Shown one piece after another: positions 62,179-64,000 of a stretch of DNA of 64,000 nt; the stretch's first letter is position 1, and every line of letters starts with the position of its first letter. A program made the position numbers and the translations under genes. The notes below the pieces were generated by a model. That model did no database searches, was not told the DNA's origin, and worked only from the letters and a program-made list of their open reading frames with translations. The stretch comes from Sedimentisphaerales bacterium (lineage in GTDB: Bacteria; Planctomycetota; Phycisphaerae; Sedimentisphaerales; SM23-30), in assembly GCA_963663805.2 (NCBI GenBank), contig CAXXMR010000012.1, positions 512,001 to 576,000 on the forward strand. Direction: 5' to 3'.

Positions 62179-63282
62179 ATGCGGGTGATTGTCACTGGGA
62201 CTGTTGGGCTGGACAAGGTTCCCTATCTTGAAAAAGTTCGTGAGTTGGTCCAGGCGGATGGGCGCGGCGTTGAGATTTGTCATATTGGTCGGCGGATGTA
62301 TGAGGAAGCACCCGATGTGAAGCCGGGTCGGATTTTGGATTTGCCTTTGTCGCGGCTGCATTTATTGCGGCGTACAGTGATTAAGGATATTCTCAATGCG
62401 GCGGAGCAGGCGGAGAATGTGTTGGTTAATACGCATGCGACTTTTCGGTGGCGGCATGGTTTGTTTCCGGCGTTTGATTTTGACCAGTTGAGTAAATTTG
62501 ACGCGGATTATTATATTTGTCTGCTGGATAGTGTTGACACTCTTCAGGCCCGTTTGGAAAAAGACCATGAAATTGACCACTCGCTTAAAGATTTGCTGGT
62601 CTGGCGTGAGGAAGAAACGCTGGGTACGGAAATTATGATGATGGGCTGTAATCTGGTTCGGCAGGGAAAGGAGTCGGCTCGATTTTATGCTCTGGCGATT
62701 GGGCGGGATAATTCGACGGCGCGGATGCTTTACCGGCTGTTGTTCCGGCCTGAGATGTGTAAGGCGTATTTGAGTTTTCCGATGACGCATGTTACCAAGC
62801 TGCCGGATACTCTGGCGGAGATTGATAAATTTCGTCGGGCGATGGAAGAACATTTCATAATTTTTGATCCCGGTGATTTGGAAGAACAGGACCTTTATGT
62901 GGAAGCGTTGGAGGCGTCGCAGGCGGGACACAAGGTAATTGAGCGTGAGGTTTTGGGGCAGGTGCTGCGTTTTGACGTGGCGGAGATTATGCAGGTGGCG
63001 GGTGATATTCACGCTCAGATTTATGCTCGTGACTTTATGCTGATAGACCAGTCGGATATGATAATCAGTTATATTCCGGAGATGCCGGGCGGTCAGCCGG
63101 GATTATCGAGCGGGGTGGAGCGTGAACTTCAGCACGCTCACGAAGCGACGCGTGAGGTTTATATTATCTGGCAGCCGCGGATGCAGCCTTCTCCTTTTGT
63201 TACGGAGACTGCGACTAAAATTTTTACTACTGTAGATGAGTCGCTGGACTATTTTCGTCAGCGTGGATATATAAAAGGTTGA
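62179..63282 (+). CDS. Archaeal-type adenylate-kinase-like P-loop domain fused to a nucleoside 2-deoxyribosyltransferase-like domain
   Basis: N-terminal VIVTGTVGLDK, NTHATF, WREEE; C-terminal AYLSFPM, RDF.LIDQSD, SSGVERE. Confidence 0.55.
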   Translation: MRVIVTGTVGLDKVPYLEKVRELVQADGRGVEICHIGRRMYEEAPDVKPGRILDLPLSRLHLLRRTVIKDILNAAEQAENVLVNTHATFRWRHGLFPAFDFDQLSKFDADYYICLLDSVDTLQARLEKDHEIDHSLKDLLVWREEETLGTEIMMMGCNLVRQGKESARFYALAIGRDNSTARMLYRLLFRPEMCKAYLSFPMTHVTKLPDTLAEIDKFRRAMEEHFIIFDPGDLEEQDLYVEALEASQAGHKVIEREVLGQVLRFDVAEIMQVAGDIHAQIYARDFMLIDQSDMIISYIPEMPGGQPGLSSGVERELQHAHEATREVYIIWQPRMQPSPFVTETATKIFTTVDESLDYFRQRGYIKG

Positions 63283-63288
63283 ATTGTT

Positions 63289-64000
63289 ATGCACCTGAAA
63301 GAAGTTGAGTTGTTAAATGATAAATATCCTGAGGTTGAAACTTATCCTTTCGACCTCCCCTTGCTGCGTCAGACGGAGCGGATAAACTTTACGACTCCGG
63401 TCACGTTTTTTGTGGGTGAGAACGGTTCGGGGAAATCTACTTTGCTGGAAGCGCTGGCGCGGCGGTGCGGGATACATATCTGGCGGAATCAGGAGCGGGG
63501 GCGTTGTGAGTATAATGTTCACGAAGACAAGCTGCATCATTTTCTAAAGCTGAGGTGGTCGGACGGGCCGGTGCCGGGCGCGTTTTTTGCTTCGCAGATA
63601 TTTCATCATTTTTCTCAGGCGCTGGATGAATGGGCGTCGGCGGACCCGGGGATATTGAAATATTTTGGAGGCCACTCTCTGATGACTCTTTCGCACGGTC
63701 AGTCGCTAATGGCGTTTTTCAACAGTCGGTTCGAGCGGCAGGGTATTTATCTGCTGGATGAGCCGGAGACGGCGCTTTCGCCGCGTCGTCAGATTGAGCT
63801 GCTTAATCTGCTGCATCGTCTGGGGCCGGCGGGTCAGGCTCAGTTTATTATCGCGACCCACTCGCCGATTCTATTGGCGTGTCCGGGGGCACGAATTTTT
63901 AGTTTTGATTGTACTAAATTGACGGAGGTTCGTTATAAAGAGTTGGAGCATTATTGTTTGTATCGGGATTTTTTGAATCGACCGGGGGATTATATTGAGA
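63289..64000 (+). CDS. Predicted ATPase (COG3910-like), runs off the window end
   Basis: Not in the ORF track. ATG 63289; YPFDLP, GENGSGKST, SHGQS, LDEPE, ATHSP. Confidence 0.85.
   Translation, partial: MHLKEVELLNDKYPEVETYPFDLPLLRQTERINFTTPVTFFVGENGSGKSTLLEALARRCGIHIWRNQERGRCEYNVHEDKLHHFLKLRWSDGPVPGAFFASQIFHHFSQALDEWASADPGILKYFGGHSLMTLSHGQSLMAFFNSRFERQGIYLLDEPETALSPRRQIELLNLLHRLGPAGQAQFIIATHSPILLACPGARIFSFDCTKLTEVRYKELEHYCLYRDFLNRPGDYIE

Overview
A 64-kb bacterial chromosomal segment. Its gene content suggests an anaerobic Planctomycetota (Phycisphaerae-like); this is inference, not a database result. Most of it is housekeeping: gatB, rpmB, nadB, queG, gyrB, a DciA/DUF721 gene, dnaN, nifU-nifS, proS, recG, Ktr/Trk K+ uptake genes, tsaD, ilvE, tex and a suhB-like gene. 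Features worth follow-up: (1) a stand-alone, highly structured ~480-nt minus-strand transcription unit at 40924-41404, with its own sigma70-type promoter and intrinsic terminator, no long ORF, and no match to any RNA family I can recognise by eye; (2) an orphan phage-like DNA-packaging module at 52784-60191 (XRE-S24 repressor, HTH protein, ABC ATPase, GNAT acetyltransferase, ParB-like protein, candidate small terminase, large terminase) with no integrase, portal or capsid, punctuated by host repeats and split by an intact IS4 element; (3) a probable oriC upstream of dnaN with no adjacent dnaA, flanked about 12.2 kb on each side by a shared A-tract element; (4) a modular family of short intergenic repeats that supplies stop codons to genes; (5) divergent sigma54 promoters between a sigma-70 gene and the nifUS cluster; (6) a low-GC ATPase + DUF4276 candidate defence pair; (7) an ECF sigma operon containing a frameshifted exported low-complexity protein. 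No rRNA, tRNA or CRISPR array was seen. All family assignments come from motifs read by eye.
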